From contig JBLIRN010000003.1 in NCBI GenBank assembly GCA_049472315.1, forward strand, positions 22,760 through 86,759: a DNA stretch of 64,000 bases. The letters are read 5' to 3'. How positions within the stretch are numbered: position 1 is the stretch's first letter; every line of letters starts with the position of its first letter. Origin of the DNA: a bacterium (lineage in GTDB: Bacteria > SZUA-182 > DTGQ01 > JAFGSM01). Shown here one piece after another: positions 31,924 through 41,100 of the stretch. The translations under genes were made by a program, and so were the position numbers. Under the pieces are notes generated by a model, which ran no database searches, was not told where the DNA came from, and saw only the letters and a list, made by a program, of their open reading frames with translations.

Positions 31924-32796
31924 ATGAGCGATGTGCTTCATATCACGAGCGGCGACTGCGCAGGGGGCAGCCTGTCAAGGTCGGGCATTTCCGGGGAGGT
32001 GTTCGTATGGCACGACATCCTCTACGACGGCCCCCGAAACCCCGGCTGGCCCGATGGGGACACCCTCGATGCCCGTGCACGGTTCCTTGAGCAGGCAACC
32101 GGCGGCGGACTGGACCGGGAGTATGTTCTGAACACACTGAACGGCCAATACCGAAAGCTCGCGGAGGCAGCAGGCTACGACCGCATCGTCCTGTGGTTTG
32201 ACGCGTGCCTGTTCGATCAGTCCATGCTCGCGCACATCCTGACATGCCTGATTCACCAGGACATCCAGAGGGCGGAGCTTCTCTGTGTGGATGCATTTCC
32301 CGGAATCGTACCATTCAACGGGCTTGGCCAGCTACAACCCTCTCAGTTTGCATCGCTGTATGACCGCAGACGCCCGGTCACGGATTCCCAGTTCAGGTTT
32401 GCCGTGGTCGTGGACAGGGCATTTGCCACGCAGGATTCAGCGCTGTTTTCCGAATTGGCAAAAGGGACTAATGCACCCTTGCCATGGGTCCCCTCGGCAG
32501 TTCAGCGATGGCTTCAGGAAAAGCCGGACCCGGCAACCGGACTGGGCCGGCTGGAGCATCTTGCCCTGGAGGCTATCCGTAGCGGCTGTGATACGCCGGG
32601 CGCAATCTTCTCATCCGTGGCAGCGGCTGATACGCCTCCGCAATTCTGGGCAGACATCACATTGTGGGCGAAGATCAATGCACTGGCGGACCGCACCCCC
32701 CCGCTTGTGCGGATCGAAGGTCCGGCTGAAAGGCTGCCCCAATGGGAGAGCACGGTGGAGTTGAATAGCTTCAGGATCAGGAGCCTGCCGGACTAG
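31924..32796 (+). CDS. DUF1835-like hypothetical protein
   Basis: LHITSGDCAG..VWHDILYDGP..VLWFDACLFDQ pattern. Confidence 0.65.
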   Translation: MSDVLHITSGDCAGGSLSRSGISGEVFVWHDILYDGPRNPGWPDGDTLDARARFLEQATGGGLDREYVLNTLNGQYRKLAEAAGYDRIVLWFDACLFDQSMLAHILTCLIHQDIQRAELLCVDAFPGIVPFNGLGQLQPSQFASLYDRRRPVTDSQFRFAVVVDRAFATQDSALFSELAKGTNAPLPWVPSAVQRWLQEKPDPATGLGRLEHLALEAIRSGCDTPGAIFSSVAAADTPPQFWADITLWAKINALADRTPPLVRIEGPAERLPQWESTVELNSFRIRSLPD

Positions 32797-32812
32797 CCGG
32801 AAGCGGAAGGAC

Positions 32813-34123
32813 CTATCTCAGGTAGGAAAGCTCCTTGGGCAGGGGTTGATCCTTCCCCATGGTATCCTCGCCGTAATTGACGCTCGCCAGGATCTTCAGG
32901 TCCTCAAGCGTCCTCTTATCACCGACGAAGGTCACCTTTTGTATGTTGTCCCTGGCGAGCTTCCCCCCTGCCCAGGTGATGCTCAGGATGCTGCTTGCAT
33001 CGAACCGGTCCTCGCCCACATACATGGATACCTCCGAACCGTAGTGATTGACGATCTTCGCCACCAGGGTGGCCGGCCTGAGGTGAAAACCGAGGTTTCT
33101 GGGGATGGGTAATTCTATGGAACCCTTGGAGGTGTAATCCTCCAGGAGTTCTTCGGCCAGGTTCTTCCCGTAGGCCACGAACTTTCTGCAATAGTACAAG
33201 GCCCAGGTGACGATATAGTCAAGGATGCATTCCGTCTGCATCTCCCTGTGTATCTCCTGATGGATCTTCGGATGACGTTCGTAAAAATGCGTCCATGCCC
33301 GGGCCGCCTCCAGGAGCAACAGCGGAATGGAGATATAATTCCGCAGATGTGACAGCCGGGGATCCTTGTCCTCACGGGATCGGTCATTGACATAGGTGTC
33401 ATAGACGGATTCGAGGTTGTGCATCTCCAATTCAAAACTCCGGATGCATTCCTCGTTGATCACATCCGGGACGATCTGTTTTATTTTTTTAACCTTTTGT
33501 TTATCGGTGTGACAGGCGACCGGGTCAAAGTTTTGGGCAAGGTTCTGGTAGAGGGAGCAGATCTTCGCGATATCCTTCTCTTCGTTGCCGTAAAATGTCC
33601 GCACCTTGGTAATCGGAAGGGGAAGGTGTTCCAGAGAGATATTCTCCTCAACCGGATCGAAATTTTTTGGGGAAGGCTGGATGCCGAGCTCCCGGGCCCG
33701 CAGCAGCAGTTTCTTGAAGATATAGGTAAGGGCCTTTTCGTGGAAATGCCGGACCTGCTCCAACCGGCGGAAGAATTCCGTAAAATCCTTCAGCTCGATG
33801 CTGTCCGGGGGATATCGTTTTTGAATGAAGACGATCAGATACCCGGTCTGTCCAAATCCCCGGGCAGTGGCCACGAGTTCCCTGAAATAGAACCAGCGCT
33901 TATTTCGCCGCGCACCATGATCATCCAAAAAATCCTCCAACATCCGTGCATTGGCGATGAGCATGCTCAGGAATGCCCTGCTGCGGATCATACGTTCGGG
34001 ATTCACCCCTTCGACGACCATGCATTGGCTCAAGAGACCGTGGGCATATTCCTCGGCGAGGGTACGAAACCTCTTATGGGGAAAGCCAGTTTTTGGCCGG
34101 GAGGTTGTGTCGGTCGATTTCAT
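32813..34123 (-). CDS. HPr-domain fusion protein with a large helical N-terminal domain
   Basis: C-terminal GFHLRPAT (His15 equivalent) and DASSIL (Ser46 equivalent). Confidence 0.75.
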   Translation of the reverse strand: MKSTDTTSRPKTGFPHKRFRTLAEEYAHGLLSQCMVVEGVNPERMIRSRAFLSMLIANARMLEDFLDDHGARRNKRWFYFRELVATARGFGQTGYLIVFIQKRYPPDSIELKDFTEFFRRLEQVRHFHEKALTYIFKKLLLRARELGIQPSPKNFDPVEENISLEHLPLPITKVRTFYGNEEKDIAKICSLYQNLAQNFDPVACHTDKQKVKKIKQIVPDVINEECIRSFELEMHNLESVYDTYVNDRSREDKDPRLSHLRNYISIPLLLLEAARAWTHFYERHPKIHQEIHREMQTECILDYIVTWALYYCRKFVAYGKNLAEELLEDYTSKGSIELPIPRNLGFHLRPATLVAKIVNHYGSEVSMYVGEDRFDASSILSITWAGGKLARDNIQKVTFVGDKRTLEDLKILASVNYGEDTMGKDQPLPKELSYLR

Positions 34124-34507
34124 ATCCCACTACCTATGTAACGCCAAAGTTTCACTGTCGTGTCAGAGGGAGTGAACCCTTTGTAATATCCAGCAGGTGG
34201 GAGGAGAATCCATAGTATCATTCTTATTATTGTATACCATAAATGACATACAGGCAATTTTTTGACTCATGGATCGATACAAGAGGGGTTCGTATGCCGT
34301 TGATGGATTGTTCGAAATAATCCGTGGTGAAACAATGGGATAACGTATATCATGCATTATAAGGGATAGGGCATGATTGCCGCACAATGGGAAGAGGCCG
34401 TCTTCCACCGGCCCTGTCGTAAGGGGCAGCATGTTTTTTATGGTGTCAGACGGCCTCATTCCATCCGCTGCTGTCAATGTGAAAGAACGTCTATTACATC
34501 AGAAGAG

Positions 34508-35062
34508 CTACAGCCCCCATATCTGTGCGGCCGTCAGCAGGCTTGCCAATGGGATGCCGAAGTTCGCAGTGGGATAGGTCGCGAGGAATGAGAGATTTCC
34601 CTGCCCCACGAATGGACCGAACGTAGCGAGGTCCGTGGGGGGAAGAAGCCCGAAATCCACAGGGAGAGTCAGGGGTGCAGGCAGTCCAGTGAGGGAATCG
34701 AGAAGATTCGACGGGGGCCATGGATTGAGACCGAAATAGGGATCGAAGTAGGTTATGCCGCCTCCCAGTATCCCGGGGATATTGTACAGAAGCCACGGAA
34801 ATTGACGCGCAGGATTCCATACGAGGCCCGGTTGAACAGGCAGGCTGGTGCCGGCGGTCAATTGGGAAATCAGGGGGGTCGCAAGACCGGTGACCGCATC
34901 GACCGGAGAAAGTGCAGGAGACCAGAGCGGCCAGAGAAGATTATACGGGGGAAGGGCGGACCAGTACTGGGCGCGTGCCGATGGCGCGCTGATGAGCACC
35001 ACAGCCATTAGGATTACAAGTGTCATTACCCCCCATTTCAAAATGTTTATTTTTCCAAACAT
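34508..35062 (-). CDS. Secreted Pro/Leu-rich hypothetical protein
   Basis: AGGAGG RBS; signal peptide ARA/QYWSALPPYNLLWPLWSP; mature chain nearly charge-free. Confidence 0.7.
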   Translation of the reverse strand: MFGKINILKWGVMTLVILMAVVLISAPSARAQYWSALPPYNLLWPLWSPALSPVDAVTGLATPLISQLTAGTSLPVQPGLVWNPARQFPWLLYNIPGILGGGITYFDPYFGLNPWPPSNLLDSLTGLPAPLTLPVDFGLLPPTDLATFGPFVGQGNLSFLATYPTANFGIPLASLLTAAQIWGL

Positions 35063-35473
35063 GGCAAACCTCCTAAATGCAAAAAAAAACGTGGACACTG
35101 CAAAACGGATCTCATGTAAGGCGCAATTCAGGTGTGTTTAAACGAACTGCTTATACCTCCTTGTGGAACGAACCGACAGGTGTTAAAAGGATGCCTTATA
35201 CCGGATGGTTACTTCTCACCTCCCTTCGTCTCGATTCATCCAACAGGCTTCTGGAAAGGGAGCGCCTTCTGTGTGCATGACGGTTTGAAACACCACCCCT
35301 CACGCCGACAATCGTAGGGTATGTAAGGACTGCCGAGTCCATGCGGGGAATCGGTACAATTCCCTTCATAGTCATTGCTGGGGAAAAACCTTTTATTTAC
35401 TATAAATTTTAACAAGGGCGGCACAAAATGTAAAGGGAATGGGGTGGATTCCGGGGGCATTGCCAGCAGGGGA

Positions 35474-38173
35474 TCAGTCCACTCGCACCTTGAATTTGAG
35501 ATCAGCGTATGGGGCGGGCGGGGTGCTGCTCCCCTGGAAGGTGCCCTTGGGCGAAACCCTGATATGGGAGACATTCCCGTCAAATCCGTGGGCATCCGGG
35601 GAGGGCACATAGGTGTATGTTGCACCCCCGTCGCCGGAGAAGTCGATATCATCCGTGGTGCTCTCCAGGCTGGTAAACGTATAGGTCAGGCCGCTTGGGG
35701 CCGTCCCGTCCAGAAAAAGGAGAGGCCCCGAGCCGGGGACGTCAATATCATTCACAAACAGGGATGCATGTTCGGGGATGGGGTCTATGATCACCATCGT
35801 GTCGTCGTCGACAGGGCATATCCCCTGATTGGTGATGGTAATCGTATAGAGCATGGTTGCGCCGGGGATCGCCTTGGGATTGACATTTTCGTTGTACGGA
35901 TCCGAAAGGGTGTGGACGCTTTTCATGACCAGGAGCTCCGGAGCGCCGACAAGGAACGTGCAGACATATTCGTCGTTCACCAGGCCTTCTGTCCCTTCCA
36001 TGGCCCTGATGATCGCCTGCCAGGTCCCGGTGGGCCATGAAGGCAGTTCGTATTGATATTCATACACTGCGTCCGATCCCCCTGAATCGAAAACCTCCGG
36101 TATGGGGGCGTCGGCAATGACGATGAAATTCTCCGGATCGATTATGGTGACGGTGGCGCCGCTTATATCGAAGCTTCCGAAGGGATCACCCACCAGTGCC
36201 CTGATGTGCACTGGGGAGCCGGGGAGGAAACATTGCGGAGCACCCCCTCCGGGATAGGGTGCATCATATGCCCCTGCGGTATGGATATCGATGACCGTGG
36301 CGGCATTCAGGTCAACCCGTGAGGTGGCCCCTTCATAGGAGGGATACACATATACGGAATAGTAATAGGAAGAGGATTCGTTGGTCACGGTCAAGGTGAT
36401 CTGCGAGCCCGGCAGGAGGGTGACTTCGGAGGGCAGGGATACATTGAAGACGATTTCGGTGGTCCCCCACATGCTTACGGTCCGGGTGACCGGGTCCCCG
36501 ATGGGACCGGATGTGGCACCGGTTGAGGCAAGCGCCACGGTGAGGGTCCGGGAGCTTCCATAGTAATTACGGCGTATCCAGAGCCTCACCGGATGAAGCC
36601 CCGCGGCGAGGGTGAGCGGGGCTGCGGTCGCCGGCGTCATCTCCCATTGAACTGACCCCCCGTTTCCTGCAATGTACACCGATCCCGGAGACCCCTGGGG
36701 TGGGGTCCTGGAAAGCTCAAGCCCCGGGCTTCCATACAGATACAGCGGCTTATTGGCGGCGTCAAGGCCGAATACCGCGGTGGGGTCGCTGCTGGTGTTG
36801 TTGCCGGCAATATTATCGAAGGTGGGGCTGGAGACCGTTGCCGCATTCGTGACCTGCGGAACAGCCGAAGATTCAACGGAAACGGTCAGTGTTATGGGAG
36901 GCAATCCCTCACCTTCGGGCAGCGGGCCGGGATGCGACCAGGTGATGACCGGCAATGCGGATGTGTCCGCCGTCCATCCGGTGCCCGAGCTTGTAACATA
37001 ATCAAGACCCGCGGGCAGGGCATCGCTCACCATAATGGTGCCCTCCGCATCATGGGGACCGTTGTTGCTGACGATAATGGTATACGTGCCGTTTTCCCCC
37101 ACGGTGAAACTCCCCGCATGATTCTTGGTAATCGCAAGATCCGCCACCGGGGTGTTGGTCACCGAGACGATCTCCGCGCTCAGGAGCACCATGTCCTCAC
37201 CCGAGCGGTATATGGTGGTGGCCGAGGTGTCGCCTGCATGCAGATAGGCGCTGATATCGTATGTGTCGATATCCACGCCGTAGCTGTTGTCCACACCCAG
37301 GCTGTTTATCGTGGAGTTGAACTGGTTGTGGATGGGATTGAGGCCGTCCGTGAGCAGATTCCCATTGAGGATGAGGCTCTCCGTATAGCCGTACAAGGGA
37401 TTTGAATTCTCCTCGTCCCCCTCCCAGCTTATGTGTGCATGCTTCCCCTCTATGGGCAGATCCGGGATGCGGAAGTTGCCCGGGGTCAGGATGATCTGGT
37501 TGCCCCAGTAGTACTGGAATCCGTCAAACAGGTTGATGACCCGGAAGTACTCCCCGGGATGCTCAAACACGACCACCAGTGACCAGCCCGCCACAACGCC
37601 CTGACTGTTGCAATGGGGGGAGCCGGTGTTGACACTCAGGTCTCCGAAGGAATAGGTCCCGTTCCCTTTTGCGGCAACGATCGCGGTGACATCGGCAAAA
37701 CCGCAGAAATAGTCATAGTTTGTCCCTGAGAAGCGGAATCTCTCGGTGAAGGTGCGATCTGCGGTCAGGCTATACGATTCAAAGGTTATGTCATAATCGG
37801 GGGTTCGCTGCGTTGATCCCCTCCGGTCGGCGAATGATCCCGCCCAGTAAAGATATGCCGCCCTGATCACCGCGCCGGAAGGTATACCGAAAAGGGGGGC
37901 AGAGCCGTGGTCTGTCACTGCGCAGGCATTGACCGGATTGGGCTGTGTCCTCAATGTCCCCCCGGTGCAGGTGAAATCTATATTCCCGGCAAAGCTTCGG
38001 TACAATGTCACCGGTGTTCCCGCATTCACCGGGCCTGTGCCCGTCAGAAAGAGGAATAAAAAAAGAAAAAGGGGGATGCTCGTGCATGCGATAAGGCCCT
38101 TCCGTATACATATTCTCCTCCGAACGATCCGGATCATTACAGGGTCATCTCCCTGTGAAGGCATTCCCCTCAT
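35474..38173 (-). CDS. DUF11-domain secreted adhesin-like protein (putative filament tip)
   Basis: Signal peptide VNA/GT; N-terminal beta-sandwich region; one complete DUF11 domain (DLAITK..SDALP..VTNAATV); truncated C-terminal DUF11 ending FKVRVD. Start is 38173 or 38137. Confidence 0.8.
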   Translation of the reverse strand: MRGMPSQGDDPVMIRIVRRRICIRKGLIACTSIPLFLFLFLFLTGTGPVNAGTPVTLYRSFAGNIDFTCTGGTLRTQPNPVNACAVTDHGSAPLFGIPSGAVIRAAYLYWAGSFADRRGSTQRTPDYDITFESYSLTADRTFTERFRFSGTNYDYFCGFADVTAIVAAKGNGTYSFGDLSVNTGSPHCNSQGVVAGWSLVVVFEHPGEYFRVINLFDGFQYYWGNQIILTPGNFRIPDLPIEGKHAHISWEGDEENSNPLYGYTESLILNGNLLTDGLNPIHNQFNSTINSLGVDNSYGVDIDTYDISAYLHAGDTSATTIYRSGEDMVLLSAEIVSVTNTPVADLAITKNHAGSFTVGENGTYTIIVSNNGPHDAEGTIMVSDALPAGLDYVTSSGTGWTADTSALPVITWSHPGPLPEGEGLPPITLTVSVESSAVPQVTNAATVSSPTFDNIAGNNTSSDPTAVFGLDAANKPLYLYGSPGLELSRTPPQGSPGSVYIAGNGGSVQWEMTPATAAPLTLAAGLHPVRLWIRRNYYGSSRTLTVALASTGATSGPIGDPVTRTVSMWGTTEIVFNVSLPSEVTLLPGSQITLTVTNESSSYYYSVYVYPSYEGATSRVDLNAATVIDIHTAGAYDAPYPGGGAPQCFLPGSPVHIRALVGDPFGSFDISGATVTIIDPENFIVIADAPIPEVFDSGGSDAVYEYQYELPSWPTGTWQAIIRAMEGTEGLVNDEYVCTFLVGAPELLVMKSVHTLSDPYNENVNPKAIPGATMLYTITITNQGICPVDDDTMVIIDPIPEHASLFVNDIDVPGSGPLLFLDGTAPSGLTYTFTSLESTTDDIDFSGDGGATYTYVPSPDAHGFDGNVSHIRVSPKGTFQGSSTPPAPYADLKFKVRVD

Positions 38174-41100
38174 GAGAAGAGCATCCTCACCAGCCTCGTG
38201 ACATCCCGGCCGCTTGTCTGGTCTATCTTGAAACGGAAGCGCAGATAGGGACCCTGCGCCGTGTAATTCGCGTGTGAAAAGTCCCTGTCGGTGAAGCCCG
38301 AGATATTGTATCCGATGCTGACCCAGAGATTTTTCGCCGCACACATGCCGATGGAAGGGCCATAGGAGTAATCAAGCTGCCGGGCATTCCATGAGTGCAG
38401 GATATTCACCCGCACCCCCGCATCCACCCGTTTGGTAATATCATAACGCCCCTCCATGCCGATAAGGTCGGTATATCCCCTGTACTTGTCGTCATCCATG
38501 GTCTCCAGGACATACTTTGCCCCATACTGAAGGGAGAGCTGGGTCCTTCCGCGGGTGTAATTCGCATTCAGGTGATTCACGATCCTCCAACTGTCCAGGT
38601 CCGTATCGTCATCCCTGCGGCTGTCAACGAGGAAGTCCAGACGGTCCAGGATGATCCAGTCCGTTTGCGTCGGCCGATGGGCGAGGCAGAGCCGGATATC
38701 GCCCGTGCTGTCCTCTGCACCCGTGGCATGTTCGGTATGGAATACCTGTGCGCTGAAGGACAGGCCGAGGCCATGGCGGGGCTCGCCCAGGATGCCGGTG
38801 AACACCCCCCATTTGTGGCTGGTATCTGAAATGAGCCGTTCCACTCGGTTGGTCCATGACCACTTCTGCCTTGTATAGGTGGCGCCCAGGGAGAGGGAGG
38901 TAAAATCATCGCCCCCGCCGGATGCCGGGGATACATTGAGATTCAGGGGGGTGTTCCCAGAATCTTCGATAGTCCTCGTCTGGTCAAGGCTTCCGTCCAC
39001 CGCCCATTGCTCGGTCACCTGCCAGGTCTGGCGCAACCCGAGATTGGCAAAGGTCCTGGGACCGTTCTCATTGATATCCTGCTGCATGGAGGTCTGCACC
39101 TCCCCCCCCGACCACGGGCTGGTCTTCAGACCGATACGGGACATCTGTGTATCCTCTGCCCTTCCATCGGTTATCTCATGTGTCGCAAAGAGGGTGGTAT
39201 CCGCAGCAATATGATAATCCGCGCCCAGCATGGTGCGGGTGGGGAAATCCCCGCTGTCGTTATCCCCACCCACCGATTGGGCATGCCCCAGCGATAGACT
39301 CAAACGCTCGCCGAACGCATCATACCCGGCGCCTGCCAAGAGCTGATTGGATCTGTTCACCCTGCCGTCTCCCAGTTCATCCGCTGCACCCCTCATGCCG
39401 GCCTTGATGGAATAGGCTCCGTTCCGGTATGTTCCCTCCCCCTCCAGAACGTCGCGTACCGCCCCTGTGGCGCGGAAGGTGTACCGGTATGCCTGTCCGG
39501 AGAGGGTGATCCGTTCATTCACTATACGGGATGCCTCCGCACCCGCCTTCTGTGTTCCTGTCTCGCTCCCGTTCTGCTGGCCGAGGCCGAAGCCGTCCTG
39601 TTCCTCGCGGATATATATGGATCCGTGCCCCTGATCCGACTCATGGGTGACCTCGGCGATGTAGGCATCCCCTTCCCTCTTTGTCCCGGCAAAGTCGGAG
39701 CTGGAGTGCGCCACCTCCGCCTTGATGCTGTTCCCGTGGGAAAGGTCATAGGTCATATCCACGCCATAGAGGTTCCCCTGGCCACCGATTCCGCCCTCGT
39801 GGATATGGGTCGCTCCCAGCTCAAGCCCGCGGTCCATGAGCCTTACCGCACCCCTGCCTCCGTAATTCGCCGATCGATCCCCATTGTCATGGGATTCGTA
39901 ATCCACCACGATGAAAACGGGGTTGAACTGCTGATCCTTGCTCATGACAGGCTGCTTGAAATAGAGGGAGCCGGTCTCGTAATCGATGGCATAATCGATA
40001 TATCTGGTGAGCTGCTCAGCGGAGATGATCCTTTCACTGTGAAAACGGTCGCGCGTCTGGATGGCCACCTTCTCGGAGCCTTGGACGATATTGCTCCTGG
40101 AGAGGTGATAGAGGCCCGAGGTGCCGTTTCCCCGTATCTCATCCTTGATGAATGCCTGGTTGGTCTCGCTCACGAATGCGCTGAAGGTGTAATATTCCGA
40201 CTGCCCTTCGGTCTTGAACCCGGTGAAGGTCCGGCTATAGCGGGAAAGCTCGGTGACCGTAATGCCGGTATCGTAATCCCCGAACAGGGCATAGAACTGC
40301 CCCCGCTCAATCTTGAGATACAGCTTCTCCGTGCTTGCCGCCTCGTGTGCCTGGCTGGTGGAATCCCCATACAGGCCGTAGTAGGCATCAGGGTCGATGT
40401 CCTGGTGGAGGTTTTTATCATCCCTGTGCGTATCCCTCTCACTGTCATAGGCGATGGTCATCAGCCATTTCCCCTTGATCTGTCCCTTGGCGAAGAATGC
40501 CACCCCGCCATCGGTGATCATCCCCTCCTCCATGCCGGTCTCATCCGCCCCTTCCATATGATCGCGTACGGTGGTGTATCCGATGCCCCCCTGTGCAAGC
40601 CCCACCAGTATCCATTCCCTGGCAGCGGGCCTTAGCCATGTCCTGATCTCCCGCTCGCCCCCTGCAAGATTCAGCCGGATGACGACCTCACCGGTGGAGG
40701 AGGTGGGTTGAAGCCTCAGCAGCGCAATCCCATCCCTGCCCACCGTATAGCGCGGGCGATATTTGTTCATGCCGGACAACTGAAAATTCTGGTACGCCTC
40801 CGACTCCTGCAACGCGGCATAGGGGGGATCCACGGAAAACTCGCCGATGACCCCCTGCCGTGCCGGATAGCCATATTTATCGGTGAGGCGGATGGCGATC
40901 ACCGGAGGGGTCTTCCCGTCGGCACAGGGGACAGAATCCTCCTCCCGGATCTCCACATCGACAGGGATATCGGAATAATGGATGGAACGGGTAATGCGAC
41001 CCGTCTCCTCTCCTTGGCTGTTCCGAAGCACCGCATCGAAGAGGTTGTCACCCTCATGCAGGTCGATCCCCCGCCACACGCTGAGCGCTGCGGTGCCTAA

